From: Pontiella sp.
Lineage (GTDB): Bacteria; Verrucomicrobiota; Kiritimatiellia; Kiritimatiellales; Pontiellaceae
NCBI GenBank assembly: GCA_050290185.1
Contig: JBNKHE010000001.1
Location: 674,713-738,712 of the forward strand
Length of the DNA: 64,000 bases
Direction of reading: 5' to 3'
Both the position numbers and the translations under genes were made by a program. This document shows positions 19,327 to 28,644 of this stretch, piece by piece (position 1 is the stretch's first letter; each line of letters begins with the position of its first letter). Under the pieces are notes generated by a model. That model was not told the origin of the DNA. It was given only the letters and a program-made list of their open reading frames with translations, and did not search any database.

Positions 19327-19673
19327 TATTTTTCGGCCTTGGTGATGGCATCCTCGTAGACCACTTTGCCATTGACGGCATAGACATGAGCGTCAGAGAT
19401 AACTCCGTATTCTTTACGGTTTGCATTACACTCGGCAACAGCTACCTGATACGCTTCCTTCTTGGTCTCTTTTCCTGCGTCGTAGCCAACGGCAAAATCA
19501 CCATTAGGATCGATCGCAACCACAAACACCTTATTGTCCGGCAGAGACTGGTAGTCCATGAACATAGCCTGAGCATGAGTGGGAAGAGTTGGAACATACG
19601 GACCATTGCTGGCACACCCAGCGACCAACGCCGTAAACATTCCGACACATAGGATTCTAGTTAACACCTTCAT
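19326..19673 (-). CDS. Small hypothetical lipoprotein
   Basis: ATG 19673 with GGAGG RBS; VAGC lipobox; stop overlaps the HPr start. Confidence 0.7.
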   Translation of the reverse strand: MKVLTRILCVGMFTALVAGCASNGPYVPTLPTHAQAMFMDYQSLPDNKVFVVAIDPNGDFAVGYDAGKETKKEAYQVAVAECNANRKEYGVISDAHVYAVNGKVVYEDAITKAEK

Positions 19674-19731
19674 AGCACCTCCAATTATCGATGGTATGGG
19701 GAATATCGGGGAAAATCCGGGCATAGTCAAT

Positions 19732-20574
19732 CTAGCAAAGCAATGAAAACGCAATTTCTGAAAAATGCTTTGCAATCCTGTCGCATACCAGCGGCTCTCC
19801 CTTTACATCGATCACCACATCTTTGACAACCTCAAAGTACGAATCCCCGATATCCAGCGTAAAACGCGGGGTGGCGTCAAACTTCCATTCCCGGCTGTGT
19901 TGACGGTTGATGAGCACGTCGAGAGAAGCCATCTCCAGATCGGCCTCTCCCCAATGCGTCACATCGCCGCCAGAATAGTGCGCAACGAAGCTTTCCCGTA
20001 AAGCCGAGGCCAAGCCCTCTTGATCCAATTCCAGGTTCATTACCGGTGCCGGAACAGATGCAATAGCATGGGTTTCAATGCCGTCGAACATGGAACCGAG
20101 GTAGCGGTTGAGCCGCTCAAGATCAGTGTGGAGCAATAAGGTTCCATGATGCATCGCACGCCCCTTGCGGAAGCAGAAGGCATTGCCGGAAAACTTGAAT
20201 CCGTTTACACTAAGGTTGCTCTTGCCGGTTTTCTCTCCCTTGATGCCAAACGAATCCAATGCCGAAAGCACCATATCGTAGGCCTGCTGTTCACGGTATT
20301 CGCGCCGGTCGGAGATCACACAATAGTTGAGGTTCCCCACATCATGATAGACTGCCCCTCCCCCCGATATGCGCCGGGCCAGCGGCACACCATCGTCCCG
20401 CATCAGGTCGAGTCGACACTCTTTCCACGGATTCTGGTTCTTGCCCATTACCACCGCGCAATCACTCTGCCACAGAAACAGGACGGGGCCATGATCCACC
20501 GCATGCTCCATCAGGTATTCCTCAATAGCGAGGTTGCGGTAGACATCCATACTCTGGGATTCAACGATCAACAC
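19732..20574 (-). CDS. lplA: Lipoate-protein ligase A
   Basis: NLAIEEYL, GKNQNPWKE, RRISGGGAVYHD, KFSGNA, HHGTLL; GTG start. Confidence 0.92.
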   Translation of the reverse strand: MLIVESQSMDVYRNLAIEEYLMEHAVDHGPVLFLWQSDCAVVMGKNQNPWKECRLDLMRDDGVPLARRISGGGAVYHDVGNLNYCVISDRREYREQQAYDMVLSALDSFGIKGEKTGKSNLSVNGFKFSGNAFCFRKGRAMHHGTLLLHTDLERLNRYLGSMFDGIETHAIASVPAPVMNLELDQEGLASALRESFVAHYSGGDVTHWGEADLEMASLDVLINRQHSREWKFDATPRFTLDIGDSYFEVVKDVVIDVKGEPLVCDRIAKHFSEIAFSLLC

Positions 20575-20579
20575 GTTTA

Positions 20580-20647
20580 TCTTCCTCGTCCTTCCTCCTC
20601 GACCATCGTACTCGGTTTTCGACGACGAGAACGAGTTCGATGACGAT
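20580..20647. repeat. Degenerate palindrome built from TCGTCC-like and GACGAG-like short units
   Basis: CTTCCTCGTCCTTCCTCCTCG...ATCGTACTCG / CGACGACGAGAACGAGTTCGATGACGAT between divergent lplA and add. Confidence 0.45.
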
Positions 20648-20704
20648 CATGATTATTCATTTTATGTGGAACGAACCGCCCGTAGCGATTAAGTTGTGCC
20701 TACC

Positions 20705-21907
20705 ATGTCAAAGATCACCGAGCAATTCATCCAGAAAATACCCAAGACCGACCTGCATGTGCATCTCGACGGTTCACTGCGCCTCCCGACCCTCATCGAA
20801 ATGGCCAAAGCGGCAAAGGTAGAACTTCCCTCCTACGAAGAAGCCGGACTCAACGAGTTGGTCTTCAAGAAGCGCTACTCCAACCTGGGAGAATACCTGA
20901 CCGGCTTTGCCTTCACCGTCGCGGCCCTGCAAAACCCTGAACACCTTGAACGGGCCGCCTATGAACTGGCCCAGGACTCCTACACCGAAGGCGTCCGCTA
21001 CATCGAAGTCCGTTTTGCCCCGCAGCTGCACGTCACCCACATGACGGAAGTTTCCGCCATCGTGAAAGCCGTCCATCGCGGACTCGAACGGGCCAAAAAG
21101 CAGCTTAACTCCTCGGCACCTGAACAAGATCTACCCTTCGAATATGGGATCATACTCTGCGCCATGCGCCGCTTTAACCGCGCCATGTCCCCCTACTACG
21201 ATCGGCTCATCACCCGCGCCGGCACCACCAACATCCGCTACACCTACGCCCGTGCCTCGCTCACCCTCGTAAAAGAAGCCATCAAGCTGCGCGACGAAGG
21301 GGTGCCCATCGTCGGTTTCGATCTCGCCGGCGAGGAGGCCGGCTATCCCGCTATCCACCACAAGTCCGCCTTCCAGCTCGCCCACAGCAATTTCCTGCGC
21401 AAGACCGTCCATGCCGGCGAAGCCTACGGCCCCGAATCCATTTTCCAGGCCATCGCCGAATGCTACGCCAACCGCATCGGCCACGGCACTTTTCTCTTTT
21501 CCGAAGAGGCGATAAAACTAAAATCCATTAAGGATAAAGCCCGTTACATTGCGCAGCTCACCGAATATATTGCCAACCAGCGCATCACCATCGAAGTCTG
21601 CCCCACCAGCAACCTGCAAACCATCCCCGAACTGGACACCCTTGAAAACCACCCTGTCCAGCAGATGATCGACAACGGCCTCTCCGTCAGCATCAGCACC
21701 GACAACCGCCTCGTATCGCATACCACCGTCTGCCGCGAACTCAAGCTCTGCGCCGACCACCTCACCCTCACCGACAGCCAATTCCGCGATCTCGTCCTCG
21801 CCGGCTTCAAGCGCTCCTTCTTCCCTGGCTCCTACGCCGAAAAACGAACCTATGTCCGCCGCGCCATCGGCCTCTACGACCGCCTCGCCAAGCAGTATTT
21901 AGCTTAA
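20705..21907 (+). CDS. add: Adenosine deaminase family protein
   Basis: PKTDLHVHLDGS, GFDLAGEE, TVHAGE, RIGHG, EVCPTSN, STDN. Confidence 0.92.
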   Translation: MSKITEQFIQKIPKTDLHVHLDGSLRLPTLIEMAKAAKVELPSYEEAGLNELVFKKRYSNLGEYLTGFAFTVAALQNPEHLERAAYELAQDSYTEGVRYIEVRFAPQLHVTHMTEVSAIVKAVHRGLERAKKQLNSSAPEQDLPFEYGIILCAMRRFNRAMSPYYDRLITRAGTTNIRYTYARASLTLVKEAIKLRDEGVPIVGFDLAGEEAGYPAIHHKSAFQLAHSNFLRKTVHAGEAYGPESIFQAIAECYANRIGHGTFLFSEEAIKLKSIKDKARYIAQLTEYIANQRITIEVCPTSNLQTIPELDTLENHPVQQMIDNGLSVSISTDNRLVSHTTVCRELKLCADHLTLTDSQFRDLVLAGFKRSFFPGSYAEKRTYVRRAIGLYDRLAKQYLA

Positions 21908-22151
21908 GATCGGCATGTGTAGCGCAGACGGTTGATAAATCTAAACATGGGTGCAGGACGCGCTTTTCCGGAACATAGTTGATCGTGAATAACGTATAAT
22001 CTGGCTCGTAAAACCTCCGTGCCCCGTCGGTGCCCTCTGTGGTGAAAATCCATGTTTCGATCTTTTTCCATCTAATTTCTGTTGGAGCGATTTTGGCGAA
22101 CTGATAGTTTTCCGTCTTTCAACCATTCCCAACCGAAAGGCACCAATTAAA

Positions 22152-23225
22152 ATGAGAGCATACAATTTCTCCGCTGGCCCGGCGATTCTGCCGGAAGAAG
22201 TACTGAAGCAGGCACAGGCCGAACTGGTCGACTACCAGGGAACCGGCATGTCCATCATGGAAATGAGCCATCGCGGCAAGGAATATTCCGCTGTCCATGA
22301 CGAATGCATTGCCAACATCAAGGAACTGCTCAACATTCCTGAAGGCTACAGCGTCCTCTTCCTGACCGGCGGCGCCTCCACCCAATTCGCCATGATCCCC
22401 ATGAACCTGCTCGGTTCCGGCCAGACCGCCGACTACACCAACTCCGGCGCCTGGGCCGCCAAGGCCATCAAGGAAGCCAAGATGCTTGGTAACGTCAACA
22501 TCGCGGCCGACTGCGGCAAGGACATCCCCACCCGCGTTCCGACTGTTGACGAACTGCAACTGACTGACGGCGCTGCCTACCTGCACATTACCTCCAACGA
22601 AACCATTTCCGGCGCACAGTGGAAGGAGTTCCCCGAACACGACTGCCTGATCGCCGACATGTCTTCCGACATTCTGTCCAAGCCGATCGACGTTTCCAAA
22701 TTCGGCCTGATCTACGCCGGATCGCAGAAAAACCTGGCACCGGCCGGCATCACCCTCGTCATCATCAAGGACGAACTCGCCGAGCGCTGCCCGGAAACCG
22801 TTCCGACAATTATGCGCTACAAAACGCATATCGAAAATAATTCGCTCTACAACACCGTGCCGACCTTCCCCGTTTATATGCTCTGTCTCGTCACCCGCTG
22901 GCTCAAAGCCAACGGCGGACTTGAAGGCATGCAGAAGATCAACGAGGAAAAGGCCGGCAAGCTGTACGATACGATCGATGCCTCCGACTTCTACACCGGC
23001 ACCGCCGTCAAGGAGTTCCGTTCCGACATGAACGTGACATGGCGCCTGCCGACCGAAGAACTGGAAGCCCAGTTCATCGCCGAAGCCGCTAAGCAGAATC
23101 TCAAAACGCTCAAGGGCCACCGCTCCGTCGGTGGGATCCGCGCCTCCATCTACAACGCCTTCCCGACCGAAGGCGTGGACGCGCTGATTTCGTTCATGAA
23201 GGAATTTGAAGCAAAAAACGGATAA
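22152..23225 (+). CDS. serC: Phosphoserine aminotransferase
   Basis: NFSAGPA, MEMSHR, GGASTQF, DMSS, GSQKN, LKGHRSVGGIRASIYNA. Confidence 0.97.
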   Translation: MRAYNFSAGPAILPEEVLKQAQAELVDYQGTGMSIMEMSHRGKEYSAVHDECIANIKELLNIPEGYSVLFLTGGASTQFAMIPMNLLGSGQTADYTNSGAWAAKAIKEAKMLGNVNIAADCGKDIPTRVPTVDELQLTDGAAYLHITSNETISGAQWKEFPEHDCLIADMSSDILSKPIDVSKFGLIYAGSQKNLAPAGITLVIIKDELAERCPETVPTIMRYKTHIENNSLYNTVPTFPVYMLCLVTRWLKANGGLEGMQKINEEKAGKLYDTIDASDFYTGTAVKEFRSDMNVTWRLPTEELEAQFIAEAAKQNLKTLKGHRSVGGIRASIYNAFPTEGVDALISFMKEFEAKNG

Positions 23226-23240
23226 ACGGCAGTTGCGTAT

Positions 23241-23308
23241 TGTAGGGCGGGAATGGTTGAAAACCTTCCCGCCGCAGCAGGATGGTCGATGGTCATTCTG
23301 GACCTACA
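23241..23308. repeat. REP-like element (TGTAGG...CCTACA), family B
   Basis: Hairpin GGCGGGAA..GTTGAAAAC..TTCCCGCC; related copy begins at 29914. Confidence 0.6.
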
Positions 23309-23330
23309 GCACCTTGGGCTTTGTTTTTTA

Positions 23331-23359
23331 TTGCGGCCTCGCCGTATTCCCCCTATAAA
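23331..23359 (+). promoter_or_regulatory. Putative sigma70 promoter of tRNA-Arg(CCG)
   Basis: TTGCGG-N17-TATAAA ending 13 nt before the tRNA. Confidence 0.55.
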
Positions 23360-23372
23360 TCCGGCCTTTCGT

Positions 23373-23447
23373 GCGCCCATAGTTCAATGGATAGAATAGT
23401 GGCCTCCGAAGCCATAGATACAGGTTCGACTCCTGTTGGGCGCACCA
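23373..23447 (+). tRNA. tRNA-Arg(CCG)
   Basis: Acceptor GCGCCCA/TGGGCGC, anticodon arm GTGGC-CTCCGAA-GCCAT, GGTTCGACTCC T-arm, encoded CCA. Confidence 0.96.
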
Positions 23448-23526
23448 TTTTAAAATCGTGACGAGTGACGCTTGATTCGTGATTCACGGCTCACGCCTTA
23501 CTTTTCACCTACCGAAGGTAAAACCC

Positions 23527-23895
23527 ATGACCGAAAACTCACTCGAAAACATCCAGATCGACGCCGACAACCTCTGGAAAGAGGAAAACTTTACCGACCT
23601 GAAGGTGGGCTCTATTCGCAAAATGACTCCCATCAAAGCCGATGGCACTGAAGACGAGTCCCGCACGGCCACCTTTTCCGCCACCACCAACATCATGACC
23701 CCCGGCGGCGCGTTGCCGGTCTCCGGCGAAATCGAAGCCGGCACTCTGGCAGAAGCGATTGAAAAGTTTCCGGATGCCATCAACGCCGCTATCAAGCAAC
23801 TGCAGGACGACATGATCAAATACCAGCAGGAACAGGCATCAAAAATCGTCACCCCCGATGAACTGCGCGGCGGCAAGAACGACATTATTATCTAG
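23527..23895 (+). CDS. Small acidic hypothetical protein
   Basis: 122-aa ORF with host-like codon use, followed by a terminator; EENFTDLKVGSIRKMTP. Confidence 0.75.
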   Translation: MTENSLENIQIDADNLWKEENFTDLKVGSIRKMTPIKADGTEDESRTATFSATTNIMTPGGALPVSGEIEAGTLAEAIEKFPDAINAAIKQLQDDMIKYQQEQASKIVTPDELRGGKNDIII

Positions 23896-23917
23896 CAGGC
23901 CGACTAAAGGTGATAAC

Positions 23918-23947
23918 AAAAAGGACCGGCATTCTCCGGTCCTTCTT
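23918..23947. terminator. Bidirectional terminator
   Basis: AAAAAGGACCGG-CATTCT-CCGGTCCTTCTT between convergent genes. Confidence 0.8.
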
Positions 23948-23952
23948 CATTT

Positions 23953-24768
23953 CTACATAGCGGTACTGGTCATCCATGCTTTGTAGGCATCCCACCATTC
24001 GGAACCGCCCAGCATCCAGATGAGGGCGGCGAGGGCGATGTAGGGCCCGAACGGGATCTTGCTCTGCCACTCCTTCTGCCCCATGGCGATCAGCGACACG
24101 CCGATGATCGAGCCAAGCAACGAGGATACGAAGACAATAAAGACGATCGACTCAAAGCCAAGAAACGCGCCCAGCGCCCCCATCAGCTTGACGTCGCCAA
24201 ACCCCATGGCCTCTTTCTTGAAAGCCAGTTTTCCAAAGAAGCCGACCGACCATAGCAAGCCAAAGCCAAAGGCGAGGCCAAACAAGGAACGGATTAAGGC
24301 AGCCCAGTGCACATCGGTTCCGTGCATCGCGGGAATCAGAAAACTAAAGATGGGTCCGATGATCATTCCGCCGATCGTGCAGCGGTCCGGCAACCACATT
24401 TCGTCAATGTCCACCATGCTCCCAAGAATCAGGCCGAACACCAGCACCCAGTACGGCCCGACCAGCGGCTGATAGGGAAAACGCAGCCAGACCAGCGCGA
24501 AAAGAATGGCGGTAATCAGTTCAATAATTGGATAACGCGGCGAAATGGGAGCTTTGCAATAGCGGCATTTTCCGCCAAGCACCAGCCAGCCAAAAATGGG
24601 AATATTATCGCGCCAGGAAAGATCAGTCATGCACTTCGGACAGCGTGATCGTGGCTTGACCACCGACAGCTCGGCAGGGATCCGATAAATGCAGACATTC
24701 AGGAAACTGCCCCAGCAGGCCCCGAAAAGAAAAACCACAAACGCAAAATACCAATCGATAAAATCCAT
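23953..24768 (-). CDS. pilD: Type IV prepilin peptidase / N-methyltransferase
   Basis: GSFLNVCIYRIP, RSRCPKC, GKCRYC, AMGFGDVKL, IPFGPYIA; start at ATG 24768. Confidence 0.94.
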   Translation of the reverse strand: MDFIDWYFAFVVFLFGACWGSFLNVCIYRIPAELSVVKPRSRCPKCMTDLSWRDNIPIFGWLVLGGKCRYCKAPISPRYPIIELITAILFALVWLRFPYQPLVGPYWVLVFGLILGSMVDIDEMWLPDRCTIGGMIIGPIFSFLIPAMHGTDVHWAALIRSLFGLAFGFGLLWSVGFFGKLAFKKEAMGFGDVKLMGALGAFLGFESIVFIVFVSSLLGSIIGVSLIAMGQKEWQSKIPFGPYIALAALIWMLGGSEWWDAYKAWMTSTAM

Positions 24769-24850
24769 GCCAACCCGTCCTTCTTCTCGTGAAGAGTGAA
24801 ACATGAGCCGTGATTCTATTGCCAGGCAATCACGTCTCAATTGTCATGCA

Positions 24851-25711
24851 TCACTCGCCGTAAACCGCCTCTTCCAGCGCATTGCGCATCGCCGGAACCG
24901 ACGGCTTTACGCCGGTCCATATTTCGAAGGCGCGCGCGCCTTGATGCAAAAGCATGCCTAAACCATTAGCAATCTGTGCGCCAGCTTCACGCGCGGTGGT
25001 CAGGAACTTGGTTTCGGGATACATGTAGATCAGATCGAAAACCCGCTGCCCTTCAGAGAATGCACGATGCGGAAATAATGAAGGATCTTTCTTATCCATG
25101 CCCACGGGAGAAGCCTGAACAACTAAGTCAGAAGCACTAGACCATTCAAATAGTTGGTCAGCATCCATAGTCCAATCGACTTTGACACCAAGATTGAGCG
25201 CCTCTATCTCTTTCTTTAATGCGATGGTCCGAGCATCCATAGTGTCAGTTAGCACCAATCTTTTGACGCCACTCGTTGCCGCCTGCAATGCAATAGCCCT
25301 TCCCGCCCCACCACAACCAAGGATTAGAACGGAATCGCCCTCGACTGTTTTACCGAACGCCTCTTCCAGTGCCTTCAGAAATCCATAACCATCAGTATTG
25401 TGCCCGACCAAGCCATCATCGGTGAACTGCACTGTGTTGGCTGCGCCGAACAGTTTGGCGCTCTCGTCCAGCTTGTCCAGCCCGCGAAAAGCGATCTCCT
25501 TGTGCGGCACGGTCAGGTTGACTCCGGCAAACCCCATCTTGGCCATCGACGGAAGGATCTCCATCAGCTCGTCGGGATGCACATCCAGCGCCAGATAGAT
25601 GCCGTCAAAGCCCAGTTCCTCCATCGAGGCATTGTGCATCACCGGCGAAAGTGTATGTCCGATCGGATGCCCTAGCACGGCAAACGGTTTGGTATGTCCA
25701 CTCAGCTTCAT
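24851..25711 (-). CDS. aroE: Shikimate dehydrogenase
   Basis: GHPIGHTLSPVMHN, NLTVPHK, GAANT, NTDGYGF, GCGGAGRA, GLGMLLHQG. Confidence 0.95.
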   Translation of the reverse strand: MKLSGHTKPFAVLGHPIGHTLSPVMHNASMEELGFDGIYLALDVHPDELMEILPSMAKMGFAGVNLTVPHKEIAFRGLDKLDESAKLFGAANTVQFTDDGLVGHNTDGYGFLKALEEAFGKTVEGDSVLILGCGGAGRAIALQAATSGVKRLVLTDTMDARTIALKKEIEALNLGVKVDWTMDADQLFEWSSASDLVVQASPVGMDKKDPSLFPHRAFSEGQRVFDLIYMYPETKFLTTAREAGAQIANGLGMLLHQGARAFEIWTGVKPSVPAMRNALEEAVYGE

Positions 25712-25720
25712 AAACTTTCC

Positions 25721-27397
25721 TTACTTTTTCGCAATGCGGTTGAGGCCGGCCACGATGGCACGGACCGCGGCTTGGTCGATGTTCGAGTCAGCACCAACGC
25801 CGAAGATGACGCCGTCACCGGCAAGCTTGAGCGGGACGTAGGCCAAGGCCTGCGCATCCGCGCCCTTGCCAATCGCCTGTTCGTGGTAGTCATCCACGCT
25901 GAAGTCGACCTCGACGATCTGATTGATGGCTTTAACGAATGCGGAGATCGGGCCATTACCGTCGGCGACGACCTTCTTCTCCTCGCCATTGACCTTCACC
26001 TGGACTTCACCGTGAATAAACGTCGGATCGTTATCATCCGGTCGAGGCCAGTAACCAACCAATTCATACGGTCCTTCTGGCGCCACAAACTCGTTCTGGA
26101 AAACCGTATGCACCTCTTCGCTGCTGATTTCCCGTCCCACTGATTCGCTATAAGCCTGAACATATTTACTGAGCTCCGGCTGCATCGCCTTCGGCACCTC
26201 GATATCGAAATCCTGCTCAAGCACCCACGCGATTCCACCCTTGCCGGATTGCGAATTGATGCGGATGAGCCGTTCGAAACGCCGGCCGAGATCGGCCGGA
26301 TCGACATGAAGATATGGCACCTTCCAGGCCATCCCGAAACGTTCCGGCGCTTCGGGCAACTTGTGCATGCCCTTGTTGATGGCATCCTGATGCGATCCGG
26401 AAAACGCGGTGAACGCATATTCACCCGCATACGGCTGGCGGTAGTAGATCGGCATTCCGGTCAACCGTTCGACCGTTTCAGCAACGTCAGCCAGATCGGA
26501 AAAATCGATGCCGGTATCGATACCGCGCGAATAGAGGTTATTGATGCACGTCACCAAATCGACGTTGCCCGTACGCTCACCGTGACCGAAGAGTGTGCCT
26601 TCCACGCGGTCGGCTCCGGCCATGAGCGAAAGTTCGGTGGCCGCCACAGCCATGCCCTGGTCGTTGTGCGAATGGAGCGATACCAAGATGCTGTCACGCT
26701 TCGAAAAGTTACGGCAGAAATATTCGATCATGTCCGCATAGTGGTTCGGCGGGCGGCGCTCGACGGTGGCCGGCAGATTCATGATCACCGGCTTTTCGGG
26801 CGTTCCCTTGCCCCACGCTTCGAATACGGCTTCGCAAAGCTCGATCGAAAAATCGACGTCCGTATCAGTGTATTCCTCCGGCGAAAACTCGTAGCGGATG
26901 TCCGATTCCGGCATCGTATCGGCCAACTCGCGGATCTGCTTTGTGGCCGCCACGGCGGTTTCGATCAACTGCGGACGCTCCATGCCGAACACCTGTTTCA
27001 TGTGGAGATCGGACGGCGCGATATACGCGTGCACGATACCGCGCTTGCAACCCTTGAACGCCTCAAGAGTGCGCTCGATCAAGTGCGGGCGCGACTGCGT
27101 AAGCCCCATGATGAACACGTCCTCAGGAATAAGATCTTCCTCAATCAAACGGCGGAAAAAATCAAACTCGTCCTGGCTGGCCGATGGGAACCCGACTTCG
27201 ATATGCTTGAAGCCGGCCTTGCAGAGCATCTGAAAATATTCAAGTTTCTGGTCCGGATCCATCGGATCGGGAAGCGCCTGGTTGCCGTCGCGCAAATCGA
27301 CGGAACACCAGATCGGTGATTTTGTGATGCTCTTCGACGGCCATTGGCGGTCAGGGAGATCGATCATCTCCGGAATCTTGTACTTGGGCACACTCAT
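25721..27397 (-). CDS. leuA: 2-isopropylmalate synthase (yeast/Actinobacteria type)
   Basis: WCSVDLRDGNQAL, IEVGFPSAS, FSPE, NLPATVE, HSHNDQG, GERTGN, AFSGSHQDAI, RINSQSGKGG. Confidence 0.96.
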   Translation of the reverse strand: MSVPKYKIPEMIDLPDRQWPSKSITKSPIWCSVDLRDGNQALPDPMDPDQKLEYFQMLCKAGFKHIEVGFPSASQDEFDFFRRLIEEDLIPEDVFIMGLTQSRPHLIERTLEAFKGCKRGIVHAYIAPSDLHMKQVFGMERPQLIETAVAATKQIRELADTMPESDIRYEFSPEEYTDTDVDFSIELCEAVFEAWGKGTPEKPVIMNLPATVERRPPNHYADMIEYFCRNFSKRDSILVSLHSHNDQGMAVAATELSLMAGADRVEGTLFGHGERTGNVDLVTCINNLYSRGIDTGIDFSDLADVAETVERLTGMPIYYRQPYAGEYAFTAFSGSHQDAINKGMHKLPEAPERFGMAWKVPYLHVDPADLGRRFERLIRINSQSGKGGIAWVLEQDFDIEVPKAMQPELSKYVQAYSESVGREISSEEVHTVFQNEFVAPEGPYELVGYWPRPDDNDPTFIHGEVQVKVNGEEKKVVADGNGPISAFVKAINQIVEVDFSVDDYHEQAIGKGADAQALAYVPLKLAGDGVIFGVGADSNIDQAAVRAIVAGLNRIAKK

Positions 27398-27470
27398 TGT
27401 TTCTCTCCTAAAATGGGTCGTAATCTAAACAACCCAGCTATTGTTATCCATTTCATTTCCATATTTTCTA

Positions 27471-27532
27471 GCCACGGATAAAACCCGATTTACACGGATT
27501 CCCATCTGCGTTCTTCCGTGTTTATCCGTGGC
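27471..27532. repeat. Small palindromic element GCCACGGATAAA...TTTATCCGTGGC
   Basis: 12-bp perfect terminal inverted repeat with an inner ACACGGA/TCCGTGT pair, inside the leuA 5' UTR. Confidence 0.7.
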
Positions 27533-27540
27533 CCAAACAC

Positions 27541-27574
27541 AAAAAAAACCTCCCCAGTTTCCTGCGGAGGTTTT
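27541..27574 (-). terminator. leu attenuator terminator
   Basis: Minus strand AAAACCTCCGCAG-GAAA-CTGGGGAGG followed by T8. Confidence 0.88.
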
Positions 27575-27599
27575 AAAATCGGTCGAATTAACGAACAAC

Positions 27600-27680
27600 C
27601 TATAGGCGTAGCGCCTCCACAGGATCATTCCCATTGAGTAGTAGCAGGCCTAGTAGCAGATTGTTGAATTCGTTTCTCAT
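27600..27680 (-). CDS. leuL: leu leader peptide MRNEFNNLLLGLLLLNGNDPVEALRL (26 aa)
   Basis: Hand-translated; CTG CTA CTA GGC CTG CTA CTA CTC run upstream of the terminator and leuA. Confidence 0.9.
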   Translation of the reverse strand: MRNEFNNLLLGLLLLNGNDPVEALRL

Positions 27681-27690
27681 ATCGGCCGGG

Positions 27691-27720
27691 AACATAGCCC
27701 CAACCTTTGGAAAGTGTCAA
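27691..27720 (-). promoter_or_regulatory. sigma70 promoter of leuL-leuA
   Basis: TTGACA-N18-TATGTT, 10 nt upstream of the leader ATG. Confidence 0.7.
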
Positions 27721-27807
27721 TTCATAAAAAAAGCGTAGACCTCGCCGCTTTCCGGTCTTGTCCGACGTGGCCCTGGCGAAGACGCTTGGCGCAGGCGGAA
27801 AGAACAA

Positions 27808-28068
27808 ATGACAGCATCAACTTTCAAGCCGTTCAATCCAGCAGGCCGGGTACCATCAGCGGCATGGTGCATACTCGAGTGGATCACCCGGCCGCATACG
27901 CAATACGAAGTTTGGTTTACCGCCGCATTGAGCAATAGCTGGTCACTCACCGAAACCATACCGACATCCACGGAGCCCACCCTCATGCGCGAATACCTTC
28001 CCGACCCGGAAAGCCCCGCCAGCCTCATCGTGGTCTTCGACAATACCATCGCTCCCGTGAACGATTGA
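27808..28068 (+). CDS. Short hypothetical ORF or gene remnant
   Basis: 86 aa; [23 protein letters not shown] resembles small C-terminal beta domains of secreted proteins; weak RBS. Confidence 0.3.
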   Translation: MTASTFKPFNPAGRVPSAAWCILEWITRPHTQYEVWFTAALSNSWSLTETIPTSTEPTLMREYLPDPESPASLIVVFDNTIAPVND

Positions 28069-28151
28069 CGCGGGCACATCGCTTGCATTCCCCGATTGGC
28101 ACCGCTAACTTAGATTTCCGAAAACCGATCGTGACGAACAGGGAAGCCGCC

Positions 28152-28481
28152 ATGAAGAAATGTCCATTCTGCGCCGAAGAAATTCAGGACGAAGCCATCA
28201 AGTGCAAACACTGCGGCGAATTCCTCGACGGATCAACACGCAAGCCGGCGACAAAGGAAAAGGTTCCGTGGCTCTACCGCACATCGACGATTGTCATCGC
28301 CGTCTGCTGCGTCGGGCCCCTGGCCCTGCCGTTGCTATGGTTGCGTCCAAACACATCGTTAGCCCTGAAAATCGTCTGGTCCATCGTGATTCTGGCGGTT
28401 TCCTACATCATGATCGCCGTCACCATTCGCTCCATCGGCAACATCCGCGAACTCTACGAAATGCTCGACACGCTGTATTAG
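28152..28481 (+). CDS. Zinc-ribbon (UPF0547-like) membrane protein
   Basis: [23 protein letters not shown] followed by two TM helices. Confidence 0.85.
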   Translation: MKKCPFCAEEIQDEAIKCKHCGEFLDGSTRKPATKEKVPWLYRTSTIVIAVCCVGPLALPLLWLRPNTSLALKIVWSIVILAVSYIMIAVTIRSIGNIRELYEMLDTLY

Positions 28482-28527
28482 CCAGTAGTAATTGGTTATC
28501 AGCTTCTCCCCCCCCCCCACCCAATGC

Positions 28528-28579
28528 TGTAGGCGGGTGCCCTCACCTGGCGCGGATGACTCGACGATCCGTCCCTACC
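28528..28579. repeat. REP-like palindrome, family A
   Basis: TGTAGG...CGCGGATGACTCGACGATCCGTCCCTACC. Confidence 0.5.
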
Positions 28580-28644
28580 TTTTTAAGGTTCAATTCCAAA
28601 TCCAGGCCTGCTAGCCTCATGCTCAACTTTTTGGAAGGAAAAAC

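Noticed and set aside
22119..23120. Long antisense ORF opposite serC (likewise 5453-6292, 6320-7291, 26249-27319, 41693-42832)
   Set aside because: Shadow frames of well-supported genes with strong codon bias; no motifs
23457..23496. Short (C/A)GTGACG / TCACG repeats after tRNA-Arg(CCG) as an att site
   Set aside because: Too short and degenerate, with no matching partner in the window
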